Position numbers and translations under genes: made by a program
Notes under the pieces: model-generated
The model's input: only the letters and a program-made list of their open reading frames with translations
What the model was told of the DNA's origin: nothing
The model's database searches: none
Assembly: GCA_964188305.1 (NCBI GenBank)
Contig: OZ076886.1
Direction: 5' to 3' (one strand)
From: Podarcis bocagei
Lineage: Eukaryota
Length of the DNA: 64,000 nt
Shown: in pieces, positions 39,125 through 51,028 of the stretch
Layout of the letters: each line of letters begins with the position of its first letter
Position numbering within the stretch: the stretch's first letter is position 1

Positions 39125-41389
39125 TATATCATAAAACTGGCCACATTACTTTCTTTACAACAACAACATGGTACAGAGGGTTTTCATGTTGCTGTTTTTC
39201 CTGGGCTGGAAACCACACCCCAAAGCTCCTATTTGTTCCCACCACAGGTGTTACACCTTTGGGGGGAGGGGAGTGACTTTTAACAGGAAAACTGCAAGGA
39301 GAAGAGCCGAGGCCTATCCCAGCTATGCCATGGTCCCAATTCACCCCCATGGCTGAGTCTTTTCTAACCATGTTAGTTTAAAAAAATACTTTTAGCATAA
39401 TGTGGAGTTTGGCCCTCAAGTTGGGAAACGAACTGTATAAAAAAGAACTTCTCAAATACCGTGCAACTAAATACCAGTATATTAAGCTTTATAATGCAAA
39501 CATGTACACACCTTGATGTATGAACAATGGACAAAGAGAGAAATGCTTATATGCTTGGTCAAAACATGTTTGGTATTTGTTATAGATTAACTAGTATTTG
39601 TTATACATTGGTGTTTGTCATACATTAGCATACCTATTTGTCAATGCTTCATGTATCAAGGCAGGCAGCCAGCGGGACAGGAGGTACACACTTCGCCTTC
39701 CAGCAGCAGCAGCAGCACTGCAGCATACCAGAAGGAAGAGGGGCAAGTAAATGGGGAGATCAGCACTGTGGACACACCAGGGGGCTCACCAGATTAGCTG
39801 CCAGTGTATTCGCACAATGCCAACCTCTCCACCACCCCTCCTTGCTGAAAAGGCACAGGAGGCCAGGTGTGTGCCATTGCCCCTCCCCTCCATTTGGTTC
39901 CACAAGAAGGTACTTTTTTGTGTGTGGCTTTAAAATGTTATATATTCAGTTGTGCAACAGCTGAGAAGTTCCTTTTAAAAACATTTCATTTCCTAGCTTG
40001 TTTGCAGTTTTCTTGGGGGTTGTGGCTGGGCTACATTGATCTCTCTGTGTGTGTTTGTGACTTTGGCCCTCAGTCACTGTCCATTTCTGGTCTCCATGAA
40101 GAGCTCTGGGGCTTCAAAAAATCTCTTTGTATGATTGACTGAATATCGTCAGAGTCTTGCAAATACCAGAGAATAAAAACAAAACCAATGGATTTTCAAG
40201 TCCTCGTGACTGAAGAGATGAATGGGCAATATATGCAGCAGCAAAACCCTACAAGGCAGCCCTCACGCCTTGCTCTTTTTCTACTGAGAGACAAAAGAGT
40301 AGCAGAGCCCAAACAAATGCTTCGCAAGGCATTTCTCCCTGTAGGTTCCTGATGGATCAGGAAACAGAATGTGTGTACCTTTCAAAGCATAATAGCCACC
40401 ATTAAGTGTCATTAACATGGGTTGGGTGGGGGGGAGAAGAGATATATTCGACCCTGGATGCAGCTCAAGTGCACACTCCCAGATGGTCATTAGGGGGAAT
40501 TATGAACTTAATTGCTCAAGCTGCATGGCTTCAGCATAAGGCTGCCTAATGAAATAATTGGGGTTTCTTGGGAAGACAAACATGGGGACATGGCAATCTA
40601 TGTGCCTTCCTTAAATCTGCAGAAACAGATGAGAATTTTCCCAGAAAACAGTGGGATCTGTCAGGGAAAAAATCAAGCAGTGGGAGGGTGGAGAGAATGG
40701 AGCAAAGTGAAGTAGGGTCACTCTTCTTGTGTGAATTTAAAATGGGAGAGCACACTACAGATGTTGGCTCCAACCCACTTGTCCTCAATTGCCTGTTCTA
40801 ATTAACAAGTCAAATGGAAGAACTTTGCTCTGCCTTTGGAAGGAAGCAAAATTTGGGTGTGTAGAAGAAAATCCTTAATAATATTGTCATTTGGGACGGG
40901 GTGGGAAGAAGGAGAGAAACATCTAAAAGTTATATAAAGTTTTGTTTTGTTTTCTTGAAGACAATATGGCTTCACAGCAAGTGGGGACAGACAGGAAAGC
41001 AGGATCTTCTGGCAGATCTGAGTATAGATTGGCAAAGGTCTTTGACTCTAAACTGTTTAACAATGGAAACAATGAAGTTGTTCTCCACCACCGCCTAAAC
41101 TGCACTGCTGAAATGAAGAAAGCCAACCAGATGTGGACTTGTGTGTGACAGGATTATCTCATTTCTGTACTGAAAAGAAAATTTTAGGCTCAAAATGTGT
41201 GAAGACAGACACCCTGTGCTTTACCCTGACTCTTATAGGTAGATCTTGGGGTTCTAATAAAAACAAAGTAGGCCTGAAGGTGGCCCACTTCCTCTCGGGA
41301 GACAGATCCTTCTGTTTCTTCAAAGTTCCCTTCCCACCCCAGCTAAGCTAGTCAGAAAGGCTTTTATGAAACTGAGGGCTACAATGCAT

Positions 41390-41660
41390 TTTTAGGACAA
41401 GGATAGGTCTATTTCATGGAGGATAGATCCAAGCAAGGATAGTTCTATCAATGGTTATTAGCCATGATAATGCTATGGAATCTCCAAGGTCCAGAAGCAA
41501 TATGCCTCTGAACTGTAGTTACTGGAGAGCAATAACCAGGGAGATGCCCTGCTTGTGAGATTTCCAGAAGATGACTCTGATAGCTGGCTATGAAAAACAG
41601 GATGCAGGATTAGGTGGAACTTCGGTATGACCCAGCATGGCTTTTCGCATGTCCTTATGA
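41390..41660 (+). mobile_element. CR1 LINE 3' fragment (diverged)
   Basis: ttcatggaggatag...tatcaatggttattagccatgat...aacaggatgcagga...ccagcatggct...cttatga. Confidence 0.7.
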
Positions 41661-42291
41661 CAAAAACATAAACATTTTCCTTCCACAGATGTCCCCATAA
41701 TTCCCAGAATAGTTAGAATTATAGTACAGTAGGGGCAACCAGAATGAAGGGCAAATGCAACAAAAACTGAAACCTTCATATCTAAGCTAAAGAACCCAAG
41801 TGTGTCATACTCCAAAACTTTTTTATTGTGTTTATATCTCATCTTTCTTCTGTCATGGAACCCAAGGCACAGTTCATTTGGTTCCCAGTTGGTTACCTGG
41901 TCAGGCACTGACCAGACCCAGACCTCCCTAGTTTCAGTCACCTCATGTGCCTTCATACTCTAGGACCACATTCCTAGAGCACCAATGTTACTAGAACACG
42001 TTTTCCGTATTTCACCATCCCTCCCCCACACACAATCTCAAGTACAGGTAGCAATGTAAACAGCATTCCAATCAATCCTCATATTTGATTATCTCAACAT
42101 TTTGGATGTAAGCAACTGCATTACACATTCATTTGGCACTCAGACAAAATAATGCAGATAGGTGGAGCCACATCAGCTGTCTTACCATGGCTTAGAATTA
42201 ATTCACGGTCTCTGTTTCTAAACACCGAAGAGCATTTGACTTCATCCCTTTTGCTATCTCAGCCACGCACTGTTCTTTCAATGGCACTCAC

Positions 42292-42398
42292 CATGGTCAT
42301 GGGCAAATACAAAAAAGTTGATTCCCGTCAACATCTGGGCCAAGTCATCATAGCGACAGCAGTGTTCTCCAGCACCGTGAGCAACGAACACCAGGCCC
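42292..42398 (-). CDS. MGLL: MGLL coding exon 3 (107 nt, phase 2/1), (R)[35 protein letters not shown]
   Basis: Acceptor ccatttAG (42399-42400), donor GTGAGT (42290-42291). HGAGEH oxyanion motif; phases fit exons 2 and 4. Confidence 0.96.
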
Positions 42399-42499
42399 CT
42401 AAATGGAGCATCAAAGTAGAATGTGTCAATTTAGAAACCAGGGAATATAAAAGCAAACAAGCTGTGTTTAAAAGAGCAATATTTAAAAGCTTCAGTATT

Positions 42500-42620
42500 G
42501 TTATTTACAAATGCTGTTTTGAAGCATTTAAAGCCCTGGGACCCAGATATTTACCAGACTGCCTTCTTCTATACCAGCCCATCCATTTACTGAGATCATA
42601 ATCAGGGGCTCCCCTCCTGC
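42500..42620 (+). mobile_element. Small L2 ORF fragment
   Basis: Translates FKALGPRYLPDCLLLYQPIHLLRS, similar to FKSLNGLGPVYLKECL...RTLRS in the L2 at 53.7 kb. Confidence 0.55.
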
Positions 42621-43582
42621 CTCCTGATTTATTTATTCATTTATAAAAATATTAATACTACCTATTACAATCCATCTCAAGACAGTTTACAAATGAAAAT
42701 TATACATAATATAAATGCAACTGATAACATGGCATGTGATAACTGGAGAAATAGGATGGAATGCAACTAAGCTGATCGTTCTGTTATTACATTTCTGTTT
42801 GTTGGATGGAAAGATCCCCCTCAGCTCCCCCAACATGCTGTTCCAGGGGTTCTCCTGACCCACTCTGAGTCAATTTCTGGGTGTTTGAGGATCACCTGGG
42901 GAAAGAGGGGGACGTCCTATTGCACAAGAAGTATTTGCATAGGCTTCCGCTGACAGGATTCATTACCTGAATCCTGCCCATAGCCTTTCAAGTGCAGCCC
43001 CTCAGGTTTATTGGCCCTCATCCAGCCAACTACTGAACATTGGTTCAGCACTTGTCCAGCCTCACCTGCCTCCAATGACAGAGAAACAGAGCTGAATGTA
43101 CACTGAGCTCAGTATGCCGATGACACCTCACTCCAAACCCTCTGATGGTCTGCCAAAAACTGCTTCATTAAAAAGCACGAAGTGGTAGATGGTAGGTAAG
43201 ACAGAACCATGCTGCTTCTTTCTGAAACCAACCCCACAGGTAGGAACAGAATCACTCTGATACCATGCCCATGTTAGCCAGATGATACTGTGGACACTGT
43301 TATCAAAAAATTGCTAAGAGGACAAGCAAAATACCATGGTTCACAGAATCAAAAGCCGCTGAGAGGACAGGGAGAATCAACAGGGTTGTGTTCCCCCATC
43401 TTTCTCCCAACGGAGTTAACCCACTGGTGCAACCACAGCAGCTTTAGTGCCACACTCGGGCCTGAATCCAGATCGAAGTGGATCTAAGAAATCTGTTTCA
43501 CCCCAAAGTATTCAAAAGCACCACCCTCTTGGGTATCTTGCCCCCACAGGGGATATTAGTGTATTGGTAATGGTTGTTAAAA

Positions 43583-43705
43583 TAAGGCTACCAGATGTCG
43601 CCATTTCCCAGGGACAGTCCCCGGATTTACAAATCAGTCCCTATACAAAATCCATTGAAGTTGAAAAGCGTCCCCAGATTCATTGAAAAAAATCTGGTAA
43701 CCTTA
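43583..43705. mobile_element. hAT (Blackjack-type termini) MITE, 123 bp
   Basis: TIRs TAAGGCTACCAGAT/ATCTGGTAACCTTA (13/14); perfect 8-bp TSD TGTTAAAA. Confidence 0.88.
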
Positions 43706-45217
43706 TGTTAAAATCTCCCTGAGTAGCCACACAACTGCTTCATGACTCATGAGAGCTGACTGATCACAAACTGAATTTTCTCTTTTCACTGGTAGCTGCA
43801 GTACAGTAGCATCCCATCCATTCAAAACATCTGGAAAAATGTAGACACTATAAAGCAGCCCTGCACAGTTTGTTACCCACCAAACTGAATGCAGACCACT
43901 AGCCACATTTGGTGGCTCATGAGTTTTTTGCTAGGCATGCCCGAGACTTTAAAAAAACAACAACAGGCAGTTGCTAAGCACCTCTCAGGCCACTGCTGGG
44001 CTGTGTTCACCATGATGGCTCAGGCCTACAGAACAGCCAAAGAAACACATCCCTCTTTTGGACACTGCAAGACCCCACTAACCACAGTGCTTCTTTTGCA
44101 GTTATTTTCATCTCCAGATGCTACAATTCTGTTAGCAAGAAACTCTGAAATTGACACGTTCCAAGAAGAAACCAGCACAGGCAGCATGAAAGGCTTCTCT
44201 TGCACATCTTTTTTTAAAAAAAACAAACCTCATATAAGTAACAGAGCCAAAATAGCTCTCTGCACAGCCTGAAAACTGGCTCTGCATGAATGACCTGCAA
44301 TTTCTATAAACTGGATTAAAACAACAAACGTAGCCAGGAGTCAGCAAATCCTAAAGACTGCAGTTTTAAGCATGCTGGCTTGGAAACAAATTCCATTGAA
44401 TCCAATGGAGTAAATGGATGACTGATATGCCAACAACATGCCTAAGTTTGAGCAAGTGAGTAGGACGGCGTTTTGCTGAACCTAGCAACGTGACTAACAT
44501 TGCACAGGTGTTTTATATAACACACCATGGCTGTAGTATTAGCAGCGGTTGTCAGAATTTCCAATAAGCAATGCAATTAAGTGGTGCTTGGCTTAATGTG
44601 AGAAAGGATCCCCACAATGGTATAATTGTGAGTTTTCTATCTCTCCCCATCACCACCACTAATAATACTCTACCTTGAGGATTTTCTGTAATACTAATGA
44701 GGTGAAAGAAGGGAGAGTCACCTTGTGGTGCAATTTTCAGATTGCCAAATCACTGGAGGTGGGTAGGGAGCCGGCTGGGCTTGTTCTTGGCCGTCTTGCA
44801 ACAGATCTGGCAAAATCAACAGGTATTTTCCTCCCCGCAGCACTAAGAGAGATGGTTGGCAGCTCAACCCACTGCTACAGGCCAAGGAGAAGGGAGCAAT
44901 AAAAAAATTGGCTGTCTTAAAGGTTTGCCAAGTGCACTTATACTTGGCTTGTAACTTGCCACTTTCCTATGAGAATTAACAATTTCACACAGGGAACCAG
45001 GCAGAAAAGTTCCTAAACTGAAAGAGCAGGTTTTAAAAATTCTATCAGGCTATCCAAAATATTAACACGGATCCTTAGTTAGGTGGTGAACTTACACAAA
45101 CCTACCGTAAGTGAGTTACATAAGAACAGCATTGCTGGATCAGGCCTAAGGCCCACTTAGTCCAGCATCCTGTTCTCACAGCGACCAAGGTTCCAATGGA
45201 GAGTCTGAAAAAAGGAT

Positions 45218-45373
45218 AAAAAAATTCCTTCCAGTAGCACCTTAAAGACCAGTAAGTTAGTTCTTGGAATGAGCTTTCGTGTGCATGCACTAACTTAGTT
45301 GGTCTTTAAGGTGCTACTGGAAGGAATTTTTTTATTTTGACTATGGCAGACCAACACGGCTACCTATCTGTAA
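45218..45373. mobile_element. Penelope-like element remnant (inverted pseudo-LTR pair)
   Basis: Inverted arms of about 43 bp (45218-45260, 45290-45334) plus the tail actatggcagaccaacacggctacc. Flanked by a perfect 13-bp direct repeat CTGAAAAAAGGAT. Family assignment is from memory of reptile Penelope termini. Confidence 0.65.
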
Positions 45374-45902
45374 CTGAAAAAAGGATGTGAGTGAAACAGC
45401 ACTCTATGCACCTGCATCCCCAACAACTGGCATTCAGCGACATGCTGCCTTTGACTATGGAGGTGGAACATAGTCATTATGGCTTGCAGTCATTGACAGC
45501 TCTATCCTCCATGAATTTCTCGAATCCTCATTTAAAACCTTGGTGACCATCACTATCCCTTGTGGTAGCAAATTTCATAGTTTAACTATCCACTGTGTGA
45601 AGAAGTAATTTATTTTGTTTGTCCTGAATATTCCAACATTCAAGGATTCTGAGTGGAAGAAAAGCTTTTCTCAATGCCCTTTTACCACACCACATATGAT
45701 TTTATACACCTCTATCATGTCCCCTTCTTAGTTGCCTTTTCTCTAAACTAAAAAAACCTCCAAATGCTGCAATACTTCCTCACAGGAGAGTTGCTGCCTC
45801 TCTCTTGATCAATTTGACTGCGCTTTTCTGAGCCTTTTCTTATTCTACAATATCCTTTCCGAGCTGAGGCAATCAGAACTATGCACAGTATTCTAAATGC
45901 AG

Positions 45903-46362
45903 CATAGGCGCCGACTCCATGGGGCCTGAGGGGGCTCGAGCCCCCTCAAAAAAATTTTTGGGGGGCTCAGCCCCCCCAATAATCTCGGGCGCCCTTCCAG
46001 CAGAGCGCCGCCGCCGTCCCCCGCCTCCTCCCCACCTGCTCCTTCGCCAGCCAGCCAGCCAGCCGCGCGCCCTAATCGGAGAGCCCCGGCCGTCCCCCGC
46101 GAGATTAGGGAATCCCCGGGGGCGGGGGCTCCTGCCTCGCTGCTTCGCAGCACCACCGCCACTGCCAAGGCACTGCCGGAAATCCCGCGAGAACAGGGGA
46201 ATCCCGACTGGCCACACCTCCCAGCCAGCCAATCGGCTGGCTGGGGGGCGTGGCTTGCCCTATTTAGGGCCAGAGCCACTTTATTTGCATATTCATGAGC
46301 TTATTTATTATTCATGAGCTTTCCCGGGCCCCCCCAATATTTTTTATAAGTCCGCGTCCCTG
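45903..46362. mobile_element. Young CpG-rich non-autonomous hAT element (460 bp) nested in CR1
   Basis: Perfect 8-bp TSD AAATGCAG (45895-45902, 46363-46370); imperfect TIRs CATAGGCGCCGACT vs CAGGGACGCGGACT (10/14). Confidence 0.88.
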
Positions 46363-48978
46363 AAATGCAGTCACACCACAGATTTGCATAACTGCATTAT
46401 GATATTGGCAGATTTACCGGCAGTCCGTTTCCTAATGATCCCGAACATAGCATTCACCCTTTTCATCACTGTCGCCCACAGGATTCTGTAGGAAGAACTG
46501 AATTGTGTAGAAACTATATAATCATCATCATTATTATTATTTGAATTTATATACCACCCTATTTATCAGGGATAATTCAAATATTCTCCAGAAGAAATAA
46601 TAAGGATGCTTAATTCACCTTAATTACTCTTCCTAAGATAAGAGTATGCATGCTGAAGTATTCCAATGGGAAGCGAAATTGCCACCATTTGCACTTTCAC
46701 CTGAAGTCAGGAATGGAAACAACACAAGCAAATACAAAGCAGGATTTGCTATCATTTTTTTAGTCCATAAACGTTACAGAAATAGTTCTCCTTTCCCCCC
46801 CTTCATTTCCCCCTCCCACACCAATAAAATTAATTACATAATTACTTATGCTAGTTTCGGCCACAGCAGACAGAGAGATGAACAGTATAGGTTTTAGCAA
46901 GAGCCGAACTGTAGCAGAACAGAAACAGCACTAATTGCGATGAATGCAGGATGGAATTCAGTGCCTCCTTTCATTTCGAAATGAGGGCTGGTTAACAACT
47001 ACGTAGAGGGTGCTGAAAACACATCTCCACACACGGCTGCTGTAATGTGTAGATGTAGAAGCAGTTTACAGCATGGACTGGTCCCACTGCACAAAGAATA
47101 TCCACACCAGTGCTGTACATTCCTGGCACAGGAAAATACTACAAAATACAGTGGTCAACCATTGTTGCAGCCAAGACTCCAGTTTCCAACAGTGGCTTGT
47201 CAAATTCCTCTGAGAAGCTTAAAAGTAGGACATGAAGGCAACAGTCTCTTTCCTTGCCACTCACCAAATGTTTGCCCCCAGCAACTGGTATACAAAGATA
47301 TACTGCCTCTGTTTCTGGAGGTTTCATTTAAATTTCATAGCTAATAGCAACTATCCTTCAGCCACAGCATAGACTGACATGCATGCATTATAATAATTAT
47401 TGCTTTCCTTTTAATCCCTTTCTAACAATCCTTAATATATGTACACAATCCATGCCCAGAACAGGGATGTTAATGAGCTAGTCTGTTGGTGGGAGGGGGG
47501 CGTGCTAGGCCAGAGCGTTTATCATTTAAGCTTATGAATATGTTAGGGTGTGTGAGGAAAATTACAGAACCTCTTTTACTTGAAAGGTTTCAGCGCAATA
47601 ACTAGACCAGTTCTAAAATAGCATTGCTGACATACGCAGAGTGAACACTTGAAATTTAAATCCCTACAGAAAGATGATGTTGGGGGTGTGTGGAAATCAG
47701 CTAATAGAAACTGGGGATTGATTCTGAAGCAAACTCACATTTTAACTTGCGAGAGTGTGGGTTCTCTGCAGAAGCCAATCTGGGCCCAATTCATACATTT
47801 ATCTTTAAGGCAAGATTGTGAGCACAGAGATGCTTACTTCCTATTGGCTGCCAAGCCAATAAATGCATAGTTTTATCACATTGTCCCACTGAGTCATGTG
47901 AGCACCTTCTACATCAGCAAGGATGGAGGGGTGACACTGTTGTGGGAAGTATCTACACATTCTTATGTTATGTGGGAACCAGCTACAGAGGAACAGTTCT
48001 GCAGTACCAACCAGATTACTATGAATTGGAGCTCTGGCTCAAATTACAAGCTATCCTAAACAATAGCCACAAACCTAAATTTCCCAGTAATGATTTGTTA
48101 AAGAAAATGAGTGATATGATGCTATTCAGCATTCCTGATTGCCCACATCAGAGAGCTGCATAGCTCCAAATAGCTGGACTATGCATTTCAAACTCTGCTC
48201 ACTGTGAAAGGCACCATACAGTCAATAAAGCACTATCTGTCTACCTGGAGTGAGAGAGTGCAGAAGGACAGAGGCATAAACATCTGAGATTCTGAAAAAC
48301 TGGTAAAGGGATGTGGTGCAGGCTTCAAAACTACTTGCGCCTGGAAAAAGTGGAATGCTTCCAATTAAGACATGACATATTCAGGCAGCCATCCTGTACC
48401 CAGCGACAGCTTAAGCTGAATCTTATTGAATTAAGAGGTTCAATTGTCCATAGCAGAGTGCAAGGTTCAAAATATCTCTTGAGTATGGGACTACCCAAGA
48501 TCATTTTTTTTTCTAACTCTGCATTCGTATTTCTCCAAGTCTTGAGTTTTCCAGAGCTAACTTAAAGCAGTATGAACAGCTTAGGAAATTTGAACTAGTG
48601 GTATCTGGGGCCATAAAACAGTTTTAGCACTACATAAACTAGCAATGTATGTGGCCATAAATACTGAATGTTTCCCACAGTGGTATTGCATACAGCCGAA
48701 TCAAAATCTTGAAGTCCTATGTGACAAGAATCAAATTTAAAGTATTGATTTCTTTCCAAAGAGAAAGGCAGTTGTGCATTTTTAAACTGCATAGAGAATA
48801 AGCACGACAGTGTATGAAAAACCTATATTTCAGCGCTGACTGCCCAGCTGCATTCTGTGACTCTGCTGAGAAAGGGGGTATGACATGAGGAAATACTCTG
48901 CTGTTTTAGTGTCAGAGAGAAGCTTAAGCCTGGGGTCTTAAAAGCATGTTCCTTTCATATATCACAGACATACATATA

Positions 48979-49057
48979 CAGGGCAAGTCCTTTAAAAGAG
49001 GCCCCATGGAGACAGAGTACACATGTTTCACGGGGCCTCTTTTAAAAGACTCACCTG
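48979..49057. mobile_element. Tiny mariner-type palindromic MITE (79 bp)
   Basis: TA flanks; arms CAGGGCAAGTCCTTTAAAAGAGGCCCC and GGGGCCTCTTTTAAAAGACTCACCTG. Confidence 0.75.
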
Positions 49058-49434
49058 TATTGTGCATACACTGACACGTGAAAAGTAACATTAAAAAAGG
49101 AACCCTGAAATACAACATACAACAATTCCGCTAAGTCAACTGTTAGAAGAACATGTGCTTTAAGGGCTGAGTCATGGTTTCATGTTGTTTTAAAGGGTGC
49201 AACAGATTTGGCAGTTATTCTTGCTTACGCTAGATGCTATGTTAGTCCACAGCTGACTTACAGTTAACTCGTCTGATTAACAATCCTTAAAAGCTGACAA
49301 ATAAATTGGACTATCCACAGCGGAGTAATATTTTTAAAAATACCTAAATTATGTAAAACGCTTTAAAATTTCTGTAAACTGCTTAGAGGCTTCGATGATT
49401 GAACAGTATGGAAATCCTGTTAAATAAATATATA

Positions 49435-49686
49435 CAGTGGTACCTTGGGTTTAAGAACAGCTTAGCTGATGAACAACTTGAATTAAGAATGCTGCCAATC
49501 CGGAAGTAGGTGTTTTGGTTTGTGAACTTTGCCTTGGAAGCAGAACATGTTTTGCTTCCTGTTGAGTGTGTTCCATTTGTAAATTGAGTCCCCCGCTGCT
49601 ATGGGAAAGCACGCTTTGGTTTAAGAATGCTTTGGTTTAAGAACAACTTCCGGAACGGATTAAGTTCATAAAACAAGGTACCACGG
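49435..49686. mobile_element. Tigger/pogo-type MITE (252 bp)
   Basis: TA flanks; TIRs CAGTGGTACCTTG/CAAGGTACCACGG; repeated subterminal TTAAGAA motifs. Confidence 0.85.
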
Positions 49687-51028
49687 TACATACATACAAG
49701 GTACCACATACATGCATACATCCATACATCCCAAATGTAGATTTGGTAAGATCTTTTGTCAGAAAAATAAATTTTGTCAAATTCAGTAGGACTTTATTTT
49801 TACATAATTGTATTTAGGTTCAAACTGCTAGCAGTATCATTGTGTATGTACTGTATGTATCATTATTTACTTGAAATTCTCTCAGATCTTCAGCACAGAT
49901 TTCTTTTTAAGGGTTAACAATGGCTGCATGCATATCAGGCAGAAAAAGAGAGAGTTAAGTGTCCAAAAGAAAATGGATTTCCTGAGCTGGATGTTTCACG
50001 GTCACTTCTGACCTACTGCGAGGGGAGGCCCATGGCCTAACGGCACAAGAGAAGACCATCTCTGAGGCAACACTTCAGTCATGGTATCCCCTCCACCTTG
50101 AGATAAGGCAGAAATAATTGTTGCTGATTTTCGGCACTGCCCAAAAAACACACCTTTTTGCCCAGGTTTTTGGGCACAGCAGGGGGAATTGAGTAAACAC
50201 TCCACTGTCTACTAGCGATGGTGAGCTGCAATCTTATAATTGTTTTGTTATTTTACAGTGTGTTAAGATGTAACACACCCTTGGATCAATGGAACTGATG
50301 AAGGGAGGAATGCAAATTGAACAAACAAACAGATGAATACTGTATTATCTTAAACTGGTTCTTGACATGGAGCACTGCACTGAGGTTACACAAACAATCC
50401 TGTAACCTTTTACCCTATGTTCATTATTCTGGGGGGGGGGGGGACGGACTAAGAGCACTAAGAGTATCCAGTAGATGGATAGAACTAAGCTAGACCAAGC
50501 AGCCAGTGAGATGGGAGAAGTCCCCAAATATGGGATCAAAAATCAGGGAACATTGGAATTCATTTCTGTACCCAAACTGAAAACAGAAAAGGAAATCAAT
50601 CCTCATTTGTAGCATAGCTGGCAACTGCTGAACCAAAACATACATGCACACCTACAACAATGCCAAAATAACGACTCTCGCATAAGCCTCAAGCTGTTAT
50701 TCATTTATAGGAGAGCTGTGCTTTATGGGGTTCTCTTTCATCGAAGGCAGAAAAATTATAGCACATTTAAAAAGGCACTGCGCAGAAGCCTCAACATCCT
50801 ATGAACTCCTCTAATTTTAACCCTGCCTGTGCTGTATCCTACAGCTTCCTTACACTGGGGATGCAAATGGTGAAAATGATAGTAATTATGTAAGTAATAG
50901 AAATGATTATACTACCGCAGTTATATGCATATATATCCCAGTAATTTAAAATGGGAAATACGTGCAAGGATGCGCACACAGCGTCATTAAAATTTCAGGG
51001 GGGAAACACACTTAGTTGTTACATCTTA

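Larger units (their letters stand above)
45117..46480 (-). mobile_element. 5'-truncated CR1 LINE (RT C-terminus plus 3' UTR) carrying two nested insertions
   Basis: The reverse strand gives CR1 ORF2-type sequence (...LEYCA...) and the same 3' UTR as the other CR1 copies. It is collinear across both insertions. Confidence 0.85.

Noticed and set aside
43110-43133. Isolated QYADDTSL reverse-transcriptase motif
   Set aside because: Only 24 nt with no flanking ORF; at most a tiny L2 relic.
45879-46317. Overlapping 117-132 aa ORFs
   Set aside because: GC-rich hAT MITE interior; not protein-like.
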